From NCBI GenBank assembly GCA_965242975.1, contig CBDETS010000007.1, positions 5,099,563 through 5,163,562 of the forward strand: 64,000 nt of DNA. The letters are read 5' to 3'. Numbering within the stretch: position 1 is the stretch's first letter; every line of letters starts with the position of its first letter. The notes beneath the pieces are model-generated. The model was not told the DNA's origin. It was given only the letters and a program-made list of their open reading frames with translations, and ran no database searches. The translations under genes and the position numbers were made by a program. Positions 8,773-17,905 of the stretch are shown here, piece by piece. The stretch is from Paracoccaceae bacterium. GTDB taxonomy: Bacteria > Pseudomonadota > Alphaproteobacteria > Rhodobacterales > Rhodobacteraceae.

Positions 8773-9320
8773 TTGAGTGTCGCGTCGATTCAACTGTCTT
8801 CCTCCCTGTTTTTGTTGCCGACCTGGGTTTGCACGACAGCCGAACGGGATCGTTTGACATCGAACAACGCCGCGGCGCACTTCGATGAAGAAAGTGGAGC
8901 CGCCATTGCAACTGCCACGGCAACAGCGCGCTGACCTGCTTCAACGGGTGCGTGATCGACGTCGTCGGCACGGATCATTTGCGCTCCTTCAAGGCAACGC
9001 GCCATGCCGCCCGCCACGGTCGACACGTCAGTTGACATTCAATGATTGGAGCGAACCCCAAAGTCGGTCCCCGTAACTCGTTCATCCACGCGGTCAGCTT
9101 CCCGACAAGAACGCCTCTTTTTTCGCTACCCGAATAGGGCAAAGATCCCACGTCCGCTTCGGCTACGTGCGGCCAGCCTCCCTGAGCCTGCGAACGGAGG
9201 ACCCCAACGAAACTCCGGAAGTGACGCAGGTCGGCATCCATCAGCAGCATCTGGCTTGCCCAAGACAGCCATCAAATCTCGCGGGAAACGCGGTCACGCC
9301 CGTTGGGTCCCGTACGGGGC

Positions 9321-9671
9321 TCACGAGTTTTCGTCCAACTCGCCGAGGATTGCGGGCAGCTGGGTGTTCAGCCCGACCGCATTCTCGATGTCGAGCTGAA
9401 ATGCGATGCCAGCGCCGCTTTCACTGTCGAAATGTGCCGTGTTGCTGATGGATTCCAGGATCGGGCGTGCTTTTTCCGCCGCGACGACGAACAGGACGAT
9501 GTCGGACTTGGCCGTGAGTTCCAGGCCGAAAAACGTGCTCTCTGGCACCAGCCCCTCGCCACGAACGCTGGTGATCACGGTGACGCCGGTTGCGCCCGCC
9601 GCCCGGCCCGCGTCGATCACGGCGTCGGTCGTGTCGTCGTTGACCAGGGCAATGATGAGTTTCAGCTTCAT
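9321..9671 (-). CDS. PII (GlnB)-like signal-transduction protein
   Basis: 116 aa: [40 protein letters not shown]...DIVLFVVAAEKARPILESI...GAGIAFQLDIENAVG. The length and beta-alpha-beta pattern match PII-like proteins. Its ATG overlaps the stop of the upstream DUF1538 gene. Confidence 0.8.
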   Translation of the reverse strand: MKLKLIIALVNDDTTDAVIDAGRAAGATGVTVITSVRGEGLVPESTFFGLELTAKSDIVLFVVAAEKARPILESISNTAHFDSESGAGIAFQLDIENAVGLNTQLPAILGELDENS

Positions 9672-10459
9672 GCCTTTGACTCCCTGGGTCTCAGTTTTGC
9701 GCTACGTCTTTTGCCAAGCCAGGATGCAACCGCAGCGTATCCCAGTACAGACACGATGGGGAACACGCTGGCAAAGGCGATCAGCCCGAAGCCGTCGATC
9801 AGTGGGCTGCGCCCGGGCACGGCGGCCGCGAGGCCGAGGCCCAGCGCCGCCACAACGGGCACGGTCACGGTGGATGTCGTCACGCCGCCCGAATCGTAGG
9901 CCAGGGGCACGATGGCGCGCGGTGCGCCGAAGGTCTGGAGAATGACGATACCGTATGCAGCGATGATGTACCAGGCGAGCGGCGTGCCCGTCACGATGCG
10001 GAAGCAGCCAAGCGTGATGCCAACTGCGACCCCGACCGCGACGGCGAGGCGGAGCCCCGTGGCGCCGATCGATCCGCCCGAGACCTCCTCGGCCTTGACC
10101 GCCACGGCGATCAGCGACGGCTCTGCGACCGTCGTCGCGAAACCGATGGAAGCGGCAAAGGCGTAGACCAGGATGTAGTCCGACCAGCCCGGGTTGCCTG
10201 TGCCGCCCAGGGTCTCCCACGCCGTAAGCTGACGTGCCATGGTCTCGCCCAGCGGGAACAGGGCCTCCTCCAGCCCGATGAGGAACAGGGTCAGGCCGAC
10301 CAGCACGTAGACGAAACCGATCACGACGCGGCGCAGCCGCGGCGGGCGGCGGCGCAGCACCGCGAACTGGAAGACCACCAGAATTGCGACGATGGGACCG
10401 ACATCCAGGGCTGTCGAAAGCGCAGTGGCGGCGAAGGTGGCGAAGAGTTCCTGGATCAT
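9668..10459 (-). CDS. DUF1538 family polytopic membrane protein (copy 2)
   Basis: The real start is [35 protein letters not shown].. at 10459 (ATGA overlap with the upstream gene). It is a paralogue of the upstream gene (shared ..[15 protein letters not shown].. / ..[15 protein letters not shown]..). The 83-aa N-terminal extension of track ORF 9668..10708 is Arg/Asp-rich shadow sequence. Confidence 0.85.
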   Translation of the reverse strand: MIQELFATFAATALSTALDVGPIVAILVVFQFAVLRRRPPRLRRVVIGFVYVLVGLTLFLIGLEEALFPLGETMARQLTAWETLGGTGNPGWSDYILVYAFAASIGFATTVAEPSLIAVAVKAEEVSGGSIGATGLRLAVAVGVAVGITLGCFRIVTGTPLAWYIIAAYGIVILQTFGAPRAIVPLAYDSGGVTTSTVTVPVVAALGLGLAAAVPGRSPLIDGFGLIAFASVFPIVSVLGYAAVASWLGKRRSAKLRPRESKA

Positions 10460-11190
10460 GACAGCACCCCGTAGATCAGGACTCCGATGATCGGGGTCAG
10501 GCTGGCGAAGGCGATCAGTCCGAAACCGTCGACCAACGGATTGCGGCCCCGGATCGAACTGGCGAGGCCGATGCCGAGCGCGGTCACAAGGGGGACCGTG
10601 ATCGTGCTCGTGGTCACACCGCCCGAATCGTAGGCCACTCCGACGATCTCCTCTGGCGCAAAGGGTGTCATCACCGTCACGATCAGGTAGCCGCCGACGA
10701 TCATCCAATGGAGAGGCCAGCCCGCCAGGATTCGCAGCACGCCGAGAACGATTGCCGCGCCAACGGCAATGGCGACCACCATGCGAAGCTCAAAGGCATA
10801 GGAAGCGCGCGCCTGGGCGTCGGCGGCGATGGCGCCGGCGTCGGCAGCGATATCGGCTGCCTTTCCCGCCACCGCGATCAAGGCTGGCTCGGCAACCGTC
10901 GTGCCGAAGCCGAGGCAGAAAGCGAAAGCGAACAACGCCGCCGCATTTCCCTTGCGCGCAAAGGCCTTGGCCATCGCTTCGCCGATCGGAAACAGCGCGG
11001 TTTCCAGCCCCTGCATGAACAACGCCAGGCCGAGGACGACACAGACGGTCCCGAACAGGACTTTGCCGAGGTCCGGGAAGGGTTGCTGCAACACCACGAC
11101 CTGGAAGAAGGCGATCACGAGAAAAATGGGGGCCAGATCGCGCAGGGCGTCCTTGGTCCGCACCAGCACGGCAGAGGAGATCTTCGACAT
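10456..11190 (-). CDS. DUF1538 family polytopic membrane protein (copy 1)
   Basis: 244 aa with motifs ..[17 protein letters not shown].., ..[13 protein letters not shown].., ..[17 protein letters not shown].. and ..[10 protein letters not shown].., characteristic of DUF1538. Confidence 0.85.
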   Translation of the reverse strand: MSKISSAVLVRTKDALRDLAPIFLVIAFFQVVVLQQPFPDLGKVLFGTVCVVLGLALFMQGLETALFPIGEAMAKAFARKGNAAALFAFAFCLGFGTTVAEPALIAVAGKAADIAADAGAIAADAQARASYAFELRMVVAIAVGAAIVLGVLRILAGWPLHWMIVGGYLIVTVMTPFAPEEIVGVAYDSGGVTTSTITVPLVTALGIGLASSIRGRNPLVDGFGLIAFASLTPIIGVLIYGVLS

Positions 11191-11530
11191 TGCACCTGGA
11201 CAGCGGAAATGAAATTTCGACGGCGTGCACTACTAACAGCGGTTTTCCCTTGAGGCCAGCAACGGCGCAACGGTGTTTGATGTGCACGTCATGGCGTTCA
11301 AAACGGATCGGGCCCCTTGATCGCGCTGGCGTATCGGTCGTTCCGTTTGTCGGTTCGCCAGCGGGGCCAGCGCGCAAACCTGACCGGCAATCGGCGTCCG
11401 GTGGCGGGGGTATTGGCGCGGGAACAGCGCTCCCGCAGGCGGGGTTGGCGCTTTTCGTGAGCCCGCCCGGCCTTGTGCTCGGGCCGGTCAGGTTTCTGAC
11501 CTGAGCGGGCGGTGCCTTGGTCCGGTCTGG

Positions 11531-12454
11531 TCAGACCAGGTCGAACCAGTGCAACTCACGCGACAAACTGCGCGCCGTTGCTTCCGCCACGTCGGCCAGG
11601 CGGCGTTCGTGCATCGTGAGCGATCTGTTCCCCGCCCAGATCATCCCGTAGTCCAGCAGGGTTTCCGGCTCCCAGGGCACGACCGAGATCTTCCCGGCGG
11701 GGATGGCCGTCAGGGTGAAGGGGTCGATCACAGCCACCCCGTTTCCCTCTGCAACCAGGTTGGCTGTCGAAACGGCGTTCGAGGTTTCGATCCACGGCCT
11801 CAGTTCAAACCCTGCCTGTATGAAACTCGCCTCGACCAGGTTGCGCAGCCGGACCGTCGGGCGGGGCAGGATGATCTCTTCCGCGGGCAAATCGCCGGGC
11901 GCAAGACTCTTGCGTTCCGCCAGCGCGTGGTCCGCCGGCACGATCGCAACCGCCCGGACGCGCGCCACGCTGCGCGACGACAACTGTCCGCGTTGAACTG
12001 GCAGGAACGTGAAGCCGACGTCGGCATGGGCATTCGCGATCCAGTCCTCGATCTCGGCCCGGGTCTTCGTCTCGGCCATGAACCGGAGGTCGGGGTGTTC
12101 ATCCGCAAACTGCCTGAGCACCCGCGGCAGATACGCCGACATCAGGAGCGGCCCGATCGCGGAAACCCTGAGCCGCGCCGCCTGGTTGTCGCGAATGTCC
12201 GCCGCCGCGGTTTCGATTCCGTGCAGGAGTTCGATGGCGTTGTCCGCCTGGCGGAAAAACAGCCGTCCCTGCTCCGACAGGCTCAGCCGCTTGCCAACGC
12301 GGTCGAAAAGCTGGAAGCCAAGCTCGGCCTCGAAGCCAAGGAGGATCTTGCTGACGGTCGATTGCGTCAGCCCAAGGGTATTGGCGGCCTCCGACACGCT
12401 GCCGTTTTCGACGATGGCCTTGAACGCCCTGAGTTGGCGCAAGCGGATCCTCAT
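11531..12454 (-). CDS. LysR-family transcriptional regulator
   Basis: 307 aa. N-terminal HTH MRIRLRQLRAFKAIVENGSVSEAANTLGLTQSTVSKILLGFEAELGFQLFDR, followed by a LysR substrate-binding domain. It is divergent from the tct-sulfatase operon. Confidence 0.9.
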   Translation of the reverse strand: MRIRLRQLRAFKAIVENGSVSEAANTLGLTQSTVSKILLGFEAELGFQLFDRVGKRLSLSEQGRLFFRQADNAIELLHGIETAAADIRDNQAARLRVSAIGPLLMSAYLPRVLRQFADEHPDLRFMAETKTRAEIEDWIANAHADVGFTFLPVQRGQLSSRSVARVRAVAIVPADHALAERKSLAPGDLPAEEIILPRPTVRLRNLVEASFIQAGFELRPWIETSNAVSTANLVAEGNGVAVIDPFTLTAIPAGKISVVPWEPETLLDYGMIWAGNRSLTMHERRLADVAEATARSLSRELHWFDLV

Positions 12455-12458
12455 GGCT

Positions 12459-12481
12459 CCATATTCGCGAAATTCATATGG
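12459..12481. promoter_or_regulatory. Candidate LysR box (inverted repeat with 11-nt spacer)
   Basis: CCATAT-tcgcgaaattc-ATATGG at 12459-12481, giving a T-N11-A style dyad. It sits 5 nt upstream of the LysR start, in the divergent intergenic region. Confidence 0.3.
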
Positions 12482-12574
12482 AACGCCAGTTTAATCGTTT
12501 TGGCAATTCATGTTTAAGTTCTATCCTCCATGCCGACTTCGCGCGCACACAGCGATGAGTTCATGGAGGACCAT

Positions 12575-13534
12575 ATGAAACGCAGACATATCTTTGGTCT
12601 CGCCGCCGCCGCACTGGCCGTGGCGAGCATGTCGATTCCCGTGATGGCCGAGGACTGGAATCCGCGCCGCCCGATCAACCTCGTCGTACCCTACCCGCCG
12701 GGCGGTGGTACCAGCACCTACGGGCGCGCCCTTATCGGCCCGCTTTCGGAAATGCTCGGCGTGCCGGTCAACATCGTCAACAAGCCGGGCGCGGGCGGCG
12801 TCAACGGCGCGACCGAAGTCGCGGCCGCCCGTCCGGACGGCCAGACGCTCATGGTGACAACGGGCGGTGCCCTGGTGATGCACTCGATTTTCAAGGACAT
12901 CCCCATCGACCCGTTTGACAGCTTCGAAATCGTGGCCCAGGTCGGTGGTCTCCAGGGCTCGATCATCGTGCCCTACGACAGCCCGTACAAGACGCTTGCC
13001 GATCTCGTCGAGGCCATCAAGGCGAACCCGGGCGGACTGCGCTGGGCGCATACGGGACGCGGTGCGTTCCTGCACGTCTCGGGACAGAGTTTCCTGGTTG
13101 CCAACGGGCTCGAAGCCACCGACGTGCCCTTCAAGGGTGGCGCGAAGGTCCGCGCGGCCGTGGTCGGTGCCCAGGTCGACTACGCGATCATCGGCGTGCA
13201 GCAGAACCGCGGTTTCGAAGACAAGATGCGCGCACTCGCCCTGATCGCCCCGGAACGCGACGGTCTGCAGCCGGACATCCCGACGGTGGCCGAACAGGGT
13301 TTCAACTACGAGTTCGTCAACACCCCGATCACGATGTTTGCGCCTGCCGGCACACCCGCCGAGGTGATCAACACGGTCAGCGCCTACGTCCGGGAAATCG
13401 TCTCGACCGATGCCTACGGTGACGAAATGATGGCCAAGGGGCTCTTGCCCGCCTATCTTGGACCGGAGGCGGCCGAGGCCCGGTTGCGCGATCTCGGCGA
13501 CACCGTTCGCCCGATCATCGAAGGCATCAAATAG
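12575..13534 (+). CDS. tctC: Tripartite tricarboxylate transporter (TTT) substrate-binding protein, Bug/TctC family
   Basis: ATG at 12575 follows a GGAGGA Shine-Dalgarno. Signal peptide MKRRHIFGLAAAALAVASMSIPVMA. Hallmark ..PINLVVPYPPGGGTS...VNKPGAGG.. Confidence 0.9.
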   Translation: MKRRHIFGLAAAALAVASMSIPVMAEDWNPRRPINLVVPYPPGGGTSTYGRALIGPLSEMLGVPVNIVNKPGAGGVNGATEVAAARPDGQTLMVTTGGALVMHSIFKDIPIDPFDSFEIVAQVGGLQGSIIVPYDSPYKTLADLVEAIKANPGGLRWAHTGRGAFLHVSGQSFLVANGLEATDVPFKGGAKVRAAVVGAQVDYAIIGVQQNRGFEDKMRALALIAPERDGLQPDIPTVAEQGFNYEFVNTPITMFAPAGTPAEVINTVSAYVREIVSTDAYGDEMMAKGLLPAYLGPEAAEARLRDLGDTVRPIIEGIK

Positions 13535-13540
13535 GCGGGA

Positions 13541-14020
13541 ATGCCCGGGAAACTGAACAACCGCGAGGCCCTTCCGGGCCTCGCGATGATGGCGGTCGGC
13601 CTCGGCTTTTTCGCTGCCAGCTTCGGGATTTCGTTTCACAACGATGCCGGCTACGCCCCGCGCGTCTTCCCGATGGCCGGTGCCCTCTTGATCGCGGCGC
13701 TCGGAGCCTTGAAGCTCGCGGGTGTCCATTCCGGCCCTGCCGGGACCGATGGCCGAACCGCCAATGCCGGCCCGCTCCTCGGTCTCGTCGCGCTGTCGGT
13801 GGCCTATGTTGTCGCGATCACGCACGTCGGCTACCTTGTCGGCACCGCTTTCACGGCACCGGTCGCCCTCTGGCTCTTCGGCATCCGCTCGACGGTCGGA
13901 CTTCTCGCCGCGTTCTTCCTCTGCCCCGCCATCTATCACGTCATCTTCTTCGTCGGCCTCGGCGTCTTTCCGCCGTACGGTCTCTGGTTCGACCTGCTCG
14001 ACGTGATCCAGGGTTACTGA
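13541..14020 (+). CDS. tctB: TTT small membrane subunit, TctB family
   Basis: 159 aa and 4 TM segments. It lies between tctC and tctA with 6-nt and 3-nt gaps. Confidence 0.8.
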   Translation: MPGKLNNREALPGLAMMAVGLGFFAASFGISFHNDAGYAPRVFPMAGALLIAALGALKLAGVHSGPAGTDGRTANAGPLLGLVALSVAYVVAITHVGYLVGTAFTAPVALWLFGIRSTVGLLAAFFLCPAIYHVIFFVGLGVFPPYGLWFDLLDVIQGY

Positions 14021-14023
14021 GCC

Positions 14024-15526
14024 ATGGAAATATTCGCCGGCTTCGCGACCGTTTTCAGCGCCCCGGCAGTGTTGATGTGGGTTGTCGCCGGTGCGCTCGT
14101 CGGCATGGTTGTCGGAGCCATCCCGGGCCTCACCTCCGCAGCCGCGATCGCCATGCTGGTGCCGGTCACCTTCTATATGGAGCCGCTCTCCGCGCTCGCC
14201 TTTCTCTACGTGATCGGCAAGTCCGGGCGGTACGGAGGTTCCATTGCCGCGATCCTGTTCAACACCCCCGGAACGGCCGCTGCCGCCGCAACCCAGATCG
14301 ACGGCTTTCCCCTCTCGCAAAAGGGTCTTTCGTCAAAGGCCATGAAGGTCGCGACCGTGTCGTCCGCCATCGGGGACTTCACCGGCGACCTGCTGCTGAT
14401 CCTGTTTGTCGGCCTCATTGCGCAGGTCGCCCTGCTGCTCGGGCCGCCCGAGCTCTTCGCGATCTATTTTGCCGCTTTCGTCGTCATCGGCTCGGTCATC
14501 GGCGACTCCATCCTCAAGGGTCTCGCATCGGCGTCCCTCGGTGTCGTCATCGCCATGATCGGCCTCGACCCGATCACCAGCCAGGACCGCCTGACGTTCG
14601 GCTTTTTCCAGCTTTCGTCGGGCGTCCCCTTGGTTCCGATCATCATCGGCATGTTCGTGTTCGCCGAGGTATTCGTGCAGCTCGAAAAACGCGACGCCAG
14701 GATCGAGGCGTTCCAGGACCCGCTTCGGGACGACAAGGCCAGGAACCGCCTGACCTGGGCCGAATACCGCCCGTGTTTGCCGCATGTCTTCCGCTCGTCG
14801 CTGATCGGCGCGTTTATCGGCATGCTCCCGGGCCTCGGATCCTCCATCGCCGCCTTCATCTCTTACGGCGAGGGCAAACGCCGGGCGGCCAATGCGGACG
14901 AATGGGGCAAGGGAGCCCTTGAAGGCGTCGCGGCGCCCGAGGCTGCAAACAACGCCGTCTCGGGCCCGTCAATGGCGCCACTTCTGACCCTTGGCATTCC
15001 GGGGTCGACCATTGCCGCGATTCTGATCAGCGTGTTCTACATTCACGGCTTTCAACTCGGCCCCACGCTCTTTCTGACCTCGAAGGACATTGTCTACGCC
15101 CTCTTCGCTGCCGGGATCGTCGGAATCGCTGCCTACGCGATCATCGGTTTCTACGGTGCGGCCTACGTCGGCCGCATGATCCTGAAGATCCCCACCAGGA
15201 TCCTGTATCCGTTGATCTTTCTCACGTCGTTCGTCTCCGCCTATGCCGCGCGGGGGAATCTCTTCGACGTCTGGATCATGATGATTGCGGGGGTCTCCGG
15301 GTGGCTGATGCGCAAGTTCGGTTTCAACCCGGCGGCATTCATCATCGCGTTCGTTCTCGCACGGGGCGCCGAGGAGACCTTCCGCCAGTCCCTCAGGCTC
15401 TCCGATTCCGGGTTGTTCATCTTTGTCGAACGGCCGGTTGCCGCAGCCTTCATCCTCATCGGCATCGCGGTCATCGGGCTTCGTGCACGCAGCCTGTCCC
15501 GCGAACACGCCGGCGCCGATCCATGA
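14024..15526 (+). CDS. tctA: TTT large permease, TctA family
   Basis: 500-aa polytopic protein with ..GAIPGLTSAAAIAMLVP.., ..GMLPGLGSSIAAFISYGEGKR.. and ..GVAAPEAANNA.. motifs. Confidence 0.9.
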   Translation: MEIFAGFATVFSAPAVLMWVVAGALVGMVVGAIPGLTSAAAIAMLVPVTFYMEPLSALAFLYVIGKSGRYGGSIAAILFNTPGTAAAAATQIDGFPLSQKGLSSKAMKVATVSSAIGDFTGDLLLILFVGLIAQVALLLGPPELFAIYFAAFVVIGSVIGDSILKGLASASLGVVIAMIGLDPITSQDRLTFGFFQLSSGVPLVPIIIGMFVFAEVFVQLEKRDARIEAFQDPLRDDKARNRLTWAEYRPCLPHVFRSSLIGAFIGMLPGLGSSIAAFISYGEGKRRAANADEWGKGALEGVAAPEAANNAVSGPSMAPLLTLGIPGSTIAAILISVFYIHGFQLGPTLFLTSKDIVYALFAAGIVGIAAYAIIGFYGAAYVGRMILKIPTRILYPLIFLTSFVSAYAARGNLFDVWIMMIAGVSGWLMRKFGFNPAAFIIAFVLARGAEETFRQSLRLSDSGLFIFVERPVAAAFILIGIAVIGLRARSLSREHAGADP

Positions 15527-16407
15527 AGATCACGCTCCTGGGCACCGGAAGCCCGGACCCTTCGCGTACCCGCGCCTCGTCCGGGTATCTCGTCGAAGTC
15601 GCCGGCGAACTCCTCCTCTTCGATCACGGCGCGGGAGCCCACGAGAATTTCCTGAGAACAGGCCACGACGCGACCGAGGTGAACACGCTTTTCCTCAGCC
15701 ACCTTCATTCCGACCACATCCTCGACTACGCCCGGTTCATCCATTCCCGCTGGGATCAGGGCGCGGGCCGGATTCCCGAGGCCACTGTTTTCGGCCCTGC
15801 TTGCACGGAGGGCATGACTGAACGTCTTTTCGGGTACGGCGGGGTGCTCCATGCCGATCTCAATGGCCGGATCAACGCGCCGGGTTCGCAGAGAGTGCAC
15901 CTCGACCGGGGCGGCTCGCTTCCTCGCCGCCGCCCGGAGCCCAGGGTCGTCGCGCTCCACGACGGCATGATCATCGAGACCGACCACTGGAAAGTCACGG
16001 TCCGGGAAGTGCTGCACCAACCGAACTTCATCGATGCCTTCGGATTCCGGCTGGAATCCGACGCAGGCATTTTCGCCTATTCAGGCGACACCGGGCCGTG
16101 CGACGGCATCCGAGACCTTGCCATGGGCGCCGACCTGCTCGTCCATATGTGTTACTTCGTCTCGGGTACCTTCTCGCCGGTCGAGGGTCCGCTCACTGCA
16201 TCCGGCCACATGGAATGCGCGCGGCTGGCCGCGGAAGCGGGCGCCAGGACGCTCGTTACGACCCACATGCCTCCGTCTCTCGATGCGCCCGGCGTGAAAC
16301 ATCGCTGCCTCGGTGAAATGGCCGAGGTCTATGACGGCCGGATCGTCTGGGGCAAGGACCTGATGACACTGACCCTTCCGTCCGCCGAAATCGGCAGGGC
16401 CGCATGA
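15523..16407 (+). CDS. MBL-fold metallo-hydrolase (RNase Z-like subgroup)
   Basis: MKITLLGTGSPDPS...LFLSHLHSDHILD (HxHxDH motif). The ATG at 15523 overlaps the tctA TGA (ATGA). Confidence 0.8.
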   Translation: MKITLLGTGSPDPSRTRASSGYLVEVAGELLLFDHGAGAHENFLRTGHDATEVNTLFLSHLHSDHILDYARFIHSRWDQGAGRIPEATVFGPACTEGMTERLFGYGGVLHADLNGRINAPGSQRVHLDRGGSLPRRRPEPRVVALHDGMIIETDHWKVTVREVLHQPNFIDAFGFRLESDAGIFAYSGDTGPCDGIRDLAMGADLLVHMCYFVSGTFSPVEGPLTASGHMECARLAAEAGARTLVTTHMPPSLDAPGVKHRCLGEMAEVYDGRIVWGKDLMTLTLPSAEIGRAA

Positions 16408-16414
16408 GGACAAC

Positions 16415-17905
16415 ATGACCCGACCGAACATAATCCTCATCTACGCCGACCAGATGCGGTACGACTGCATGTCACCGGCCGGCAACCCGGTCATCAGGAC
16501 CCCGCATCTCCAGCGTCTGGCCGACGAGGGCCTCACCTTCGACAATGCCTTTGCCGGCTATCCCCTCTGCTGCCCCTTCCGGGCTTCGATGATGACCGGC
16601 AAATACGCACAGGGGCACGGAATGATCCAGAATCACTTTCCACTCCGCGCGGACCAGGAGTTCCTGGGTGAACGGATGACGGATGCAGGCTACCAGACGT
16701 TCTATGTCGGCAAATGGCACCTCGAGGGAGGGCCCAAGCCCGGTTTCGTTCCGCCCGGCCGCCGTTTCGGCTTCGACAAGTTCGTTGGCTTCAACCGGGG
16801 GCACAGCTATCTCGGCGGCATCTTCTTTCGCGACACCGACCAGCCGTACCGGAGCCGCCGGTACGAACCGGACGTCCAGACCGACCACCTGATCGAATTC
16901 ATCGACGAAGCCCGGGCAGAGGCCCCCGACAAGCCCTTCCTCGGCTACGTTTCGTACGGTCCGCCGCACCACCCGAACGACATGCCCGAATCCTGGCGAC
17001 GGATGTACGATCCGGGCGAGATCCCGCGTCCCGTCGGCACGCTTGCGCTCGGCGAACAGGTTCGCATACAGACTGAACGCGTGAAGACTGACTGCAACGG
17101 CATCATGAAGGCCGCGCTCAGGTCTCGCTGTGCTTACGGGGCCAAGAAGCAGCTGGAACCTGAAACCGAGGACGAACAGCGCGTCTTCATCGCCGAATAC
17201 TACGCGATGATCTCCAGTATCGACCACAACGTGGGCCGCGTCCTTGACCATCTCGACCGGCTTGGTATCGCTGACAACACCATGGTGGTGTTTTTCTCCG
17301 ACCACGGCGACATGCTGGGTGAACACGGGTATTACTGCGGATACAAGCCGCAAGGTTATCGCGCCGCGATGCAGGTGCCGCTCCTGATCCGCTGCCCGGG
17401 CCGCGTTGCCGCCGGGCGCCGCACGGACGCGATGATCGACGTGGGTGTCGACACGCCGGTTACACTGATCGATCTCGCCGGTGCGGAGCCTTTCAACGAA
17501 GCGAACGGCCGAAGCTTCCGGACCGTTCTGGACGGAGGCGACGATCACCGGGACATGATCCACTACCAGGCCTTCCGCATGGACGATGGCATTCGGGGCG
17601 AATTCACGCCGGTCCCGGAACGCGGCATCAGGACCCGGGAGTGGCTCTACGTTCGCCAGCCGAACCGCCGCAAGTTCCTGTTCGACCAGACGGCCGACCC
17701 GCACGAACTTGACAATCTTGTCGAGCGAACCGGGCACGAACCCTTGATGGATTCATTCGACGCGGTGATCTCCGGACACATGGACGTGACCGGCGACGAC
17801 TGGAACATGGTGGCGCGCTTTCCTCCACCTGATTTCCTGACCCACGAGGCTGCGCAGGACCACTTCGAGAACGTCCTCTTGCCGCGGGCCATCGAGGTTC
17901 CGTGA
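16415..17905 (+). CDS. Sulfatase (Cys-type, formylglycine-dependent)
   Basis: 496 aa: MTRPNIILIYADQMRYD...PLCCPFRASMMTG (C-x-P-x-R motif) ...VVFFSDHGDMLGEHG. Confidence 0.9.
   Translation: MTRPNIILIYADQMRYDCMSPAGNPVIRTPHLQRLADEGLTFDNAFAGYPLCCPFRASMMTGKYAQGHGMIQNHFPLRADQEFLGERMTDAGYQTFYVGKWHLEGGPKPGFVPPGRRFGFDKFVGFNRGHSYLGGIFFRDTDQPYRSRRYEPDVQTDHLIEFIDEARAEAPDKPFLGYVSYGPPHHPNDMPESWRRMYDPGEIPRPVGTLALGEQVRIQTERVKTDCNGIMKAALRSRCAYGAKKQLEPETEDEQRVFIAEYYAMISSIDHNVGRVLDHLDRLGIADNTMVVFFSDHGDMLGEHGYYCGYKPQGYRAAMQVPLLIRCPGRVAAGRRTDAMIDVGVDTPVTLIDLAGAEPFNEANGRSFRTVLDGGDDHRDMIHYQAFRMDDGIRGEFTPVPERGIRTREWLYVRQPNRRKFLFDQTADPHELDNLVERTGHEPLMDSFDAVISGHMDVTGDDWNMVARFPPPDFLTHEAAQDHFENVLLPRAIEVP

Noticed and set aside
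8880-9320. Minus ORF 8975..9250 beginning MLLMDADLRHFRSFVGVL.., faintly like a LysR N-terminus, in the 440-nt gap after the PII-like gene.
   Set aside because: The similarity is limited to a DLRH.R.F word, and the rest is not LysR-like. At best it is a heavily eroded remnant, and I cannot support it from sequence alone.
9668-10708. N-terminal extensions of several track ORFs: 9668..10708, 15301..16407, 34952..38296, 39358..40206, 41113..42489, 42225..43883, 47787..49427 and 52626..54443.
   Set aside because: The extensions overlap the upstream gene and have Arg/Pro-rich, non-protein-like composition. An internal start with ATGA/GTGA coupling or a Shine-Dalgarno gives the family-typical N-terminus in each case.
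11461-11510. Nested GC-rich hairpins just downstream of the LysR stop (GGTCAG-gttt-CTGACC, CCGGCC..GGCCGG, GCCCGC..GCGGGC) as an intrinsic terminator.
   Set aside because: No U-tract follows on either strand and the stems compete for the same bases. They may still affect transcript ends, but they do not form a canonical rho-independent terminator.
12521-14320. Very long antisense ORFs: 599 aa here, plus 61662..63794 (710 aa), 17647..19296, 19089..20780, 29391..31172, 54374..55714, 34041..35132 and 60525..61583.
   Set aside because: They lie exactly opposite well-supported genes and are dominated by Arg/Gly/Asp/His/Pro with no family motifs. These are typical shadow ORFs of GC-rich DNA.
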